Shown here piece after piece: positions 61,801 through 64,000 of a stretch of 64,000 nucleotides of DNA (its first letter is position 1; the number at the start of each line of letters is the position of its first letter). The notes beneath the pieces are model-generated. The model saw nothing but the letters and a program-made list of their open reading frames with translations, did no database searches and was not told the DNA's origin. A program made the translations under genes and the position numbers. The DNA lies in the NCBI GenBank assembly GCA_965637545.1, contig OZ281495.1:22754001-22818000 (forward strand), read 5' to 3'. The DNA comes from Phallusia mammillata. Its lineage: Eukaryota.

Positions 61801-64000
61801 TGCCACTTTAACGGCCCTGGAACAGTATCGTAGTGCTTTGGTCTGCTATGAGCGTCAATTGGAACTCGCTGTTGCCAGCAAAGACGCAAGTATCACATCG
61901 CAAGCGCATTGCAATCTTGCCATCACATACACCAACTTACACGACTTTGAGAACGCAAGAAAACATTTTCAACAACAGGCCGATTGCCTACAAGATATCA
62001 AGCACAAATCTGCAAGAACGGAAAAGTGTAAAGCTTTTTGTAATTTAGGCAAATGTTGCGAAGCGCTTGAGTTGTACGACGAGGCAGTAACAAATCATCA
62101 GATTGCTTTAGACATTGCTAACGATCTTCGAAGTTTTCCGCTGATGGAGAAATCGCTTAAAGGCCTTGCGAGCACTCACCGACAGCTACATAAAGTCGAG
62201 CAAGCCACACAGTTCTGTCAACAGAGATTGGCGGTATGTGAACGAATGGCACAGCCTTCACTAATTGCATCCGCATGCGGCGATCTCGCAGTCCTGCTAT
62301 CTGAAACCCACAAGCATTTGGAAGCTATAGAACACCTAAAACGACAGATGAAGATAGGTGTTGACGCCAGCGACCAGAGCATCACCGCTGATGCAGCATG
62401 TGGAATCGGAAGCGTTTATCAGGCCATGAGGGACTTTGATAATGCAGTGAATTTCCATAAGCTGGACCTGGAGATCTCACAGAAGAGCGACAATCAACCA
62501 TGCCAGGGCAGAGCTCATGGCAACCTGGCCGCGGTGTATGAGCAAATGGGAAACCATGACGGTGCGATCGCCCATCAGGAACAACATTTGTTCATTGCAA
62601 ACGAACAAAACGATGAGGTTGCCAAACAGATTGCTCTTTACGGGATCGGCAGGTATGTACAAATTGTGGCTTAATTTACCCTCTGTAGGAGCCAGAACGT
62701 CTAAAACCATTGCAATCATTGTGAGCCTATCGTCGAGCTATTTTTTTCGCTGCTTTGCTTGACCATTTTTTGCATTCGTACAAGTTAAATTCTAAAATGA
62801 ACATAAATTCAAAACTGGGATCAGCCCTGAAGCTTCCATATAGACCAGCGATCACGGCACACTCATATATACATCGATATAACGCCTTCAACGAGCCTGA
62901 CGACTGCGAATTTAAATTCTGGCAACAAAATATCACACGAAACAAAGCTTGGTTTTGACATACCGAACTAATCATACACTCGTTTTTTTTGCAGAAACAC
63001 ACTTCTTCAAAGCAACGGTGACTATTCCCGGGCTGCTCTTCTCCTCCAGCAAGCAATGTTGCTCCACAACGATTCCACCAGCGTGGACCTCATTGTGAAA
63101 ACCCGTCATTATCTGGGAATTGCCATGCTTGCTTGTGGCAATCAAATATCAGCTACAGAACATCTGAAAAAGGCTGCAACTCTCGCCGAGGACACATGTT
63201 GGCAAATGCTTAGAGACTGGAATCCGCCCGACGATAATCTAAGCGCATATGATACAGAGTTAAACCTGTTTGAGACATTGAACATGTGTTATGCTTCTTT
63301 ACTGCACGTCTTGGTCAAGACTGGGCGACACGACGAAGCGTTGGAAATAGCTGAGAAACTGAAGTCTTTTACGGCAAAAATTTCCAACGCTGATCGGTCT
63401 GAAGTGCTAAAATCTACCACAGTAATGGAAATGAAAGCTTATTGCAAAGAACACAGAACTGTCATGTATTATGCCGCTGTCTGTTCAGGACACTTGTACC
63501 GATGGTTAATTACACCAGAAGGTGAATTGCTGCCTACAGAATGCGAACGTATCCTTAACGAAGATGCCACATGTGGCAACGTAATTCAGGCGCTTATTTT
63601 GGGTTTACGTCAAACACTGGGAGTTGAAAATGAAGAAATCGAAGAATCGAACTTAGAGGATAAAAACCTTGAAGTTAATTGTCTGAGCTTGTTTTCTAAA
63701 CTTCTCCAACTGCGAAGAAAATTCCACTGTTACTGCGATCATATTAAAACAAGCCAAGGTTTATTACTGTCTGATAACAACGCCAAGCAGTTTGATCACA
63801 AGTCTCCATATTACTCACTTTACGAATTGTTGTTCGGGGGATTTGATACCACTCTGCGCAAGTACATGAACGCTCAATCGCCGACTCCACTTAATCTTGT
63901 CATCGATGGCGACCTTATCCTCGTACCTTTCTGCATGATGAAAAAGCGACCAAGCGACCATTTTCTATCCGAAAACTTTCATTTGACCGCTGTTAATTCG
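55838..64000 (+). CDS. TTC28: Tetratricopeptide repeat protein 28 (TPR array plus start of the CHAT-like region), 3' partial
   Basis: Exons 55838-56074, 56417-56564, 56850-56971, 57581-57684, 58205-58373, 58830-59137, 59449-59564, 59628-59743, 60091-60228, 60297-60433, 61129-62652, 62995-64000 (still open at the window edge), phase-consistent. Motifs PFVITSVIGQDLL, LKLKGSVYSAL, SQGRAYGNMGNAY, STHGNLAVAYQAL, KALGNLGDIF and LVIDGDLILVPF match recalled TTC28. Confidence 0.94.
59899..60007. mobile_element. 109-bp hAT MITE (TAGTGAT family) in a TTC28 intron
   Basis: TIRs TAGTGATATACC / GGTACATCACTG. Perfect 8-bp TSD gtagtaac at 59891-59898 and 60008-60015. Confidence 0.88.
60524..61035. mobile_element. 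512-bp hAT MITE (TAGTGAT family) with many TTCGG/CCGAA subterminal repeats
   Basis: TIRs TAGAGATGTACCGAAT / ATTCGGTACATCACTA (15/16). Perfect 8-bp TSD gttaaaac at 60516-60523 and 61036-61043. Confidence 0.93.

Overview
This is eukaryotic animal genomic DNA: AT-rich, with mostly short GT-AG introns. It is probably an invertebrate chordate such as an ascidian, inferred from the chordate-like orthologues, compact introns and mosaic CpG pattern. Gene names come from recalled similarity to vertebrate proteins and need BLAST confirmation. Protein-coding content, left to right: (1) the 3' end of a + strand gene with two recently duplicated Sushi/CCP exons and a somatomedin-B exon (648-2234); (2) SSR2/TRAP-beta (+, 4832-9237), whose first coding intron holds a Buster-type hAT transposon nested inside a hAT MITE; (3) a 28-exon ANKS1 orthologue (-, 49016 to 10824; ankyrin-SAM-SAM-PTB, about 1873 aa as assembled) with a 21-kb CpG-rich intron; (4) ANKUB1 (+, 51768-54678), head-to-head with ANKS1; (5) TTC28 (+, 55838 to beyond 64000). 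There are also several hAT MITEs with 8-bp target-site duplications, a degenerate minimal hammerhead ribozyme motif, a tRNA-derived SINE-like remnant, a 31-bp minisatellite and a 100-bp intronic hairpin. I found no prokaryotic-type system and no CRISPR array. The most interesting leads are the CCP-CCP-SMB gene, the hammerhead motif, the nested transposons with a paralogous empty site, a candidate internal ANKS1 first exon, and sharp CpG-depletion boundaries inside genes.
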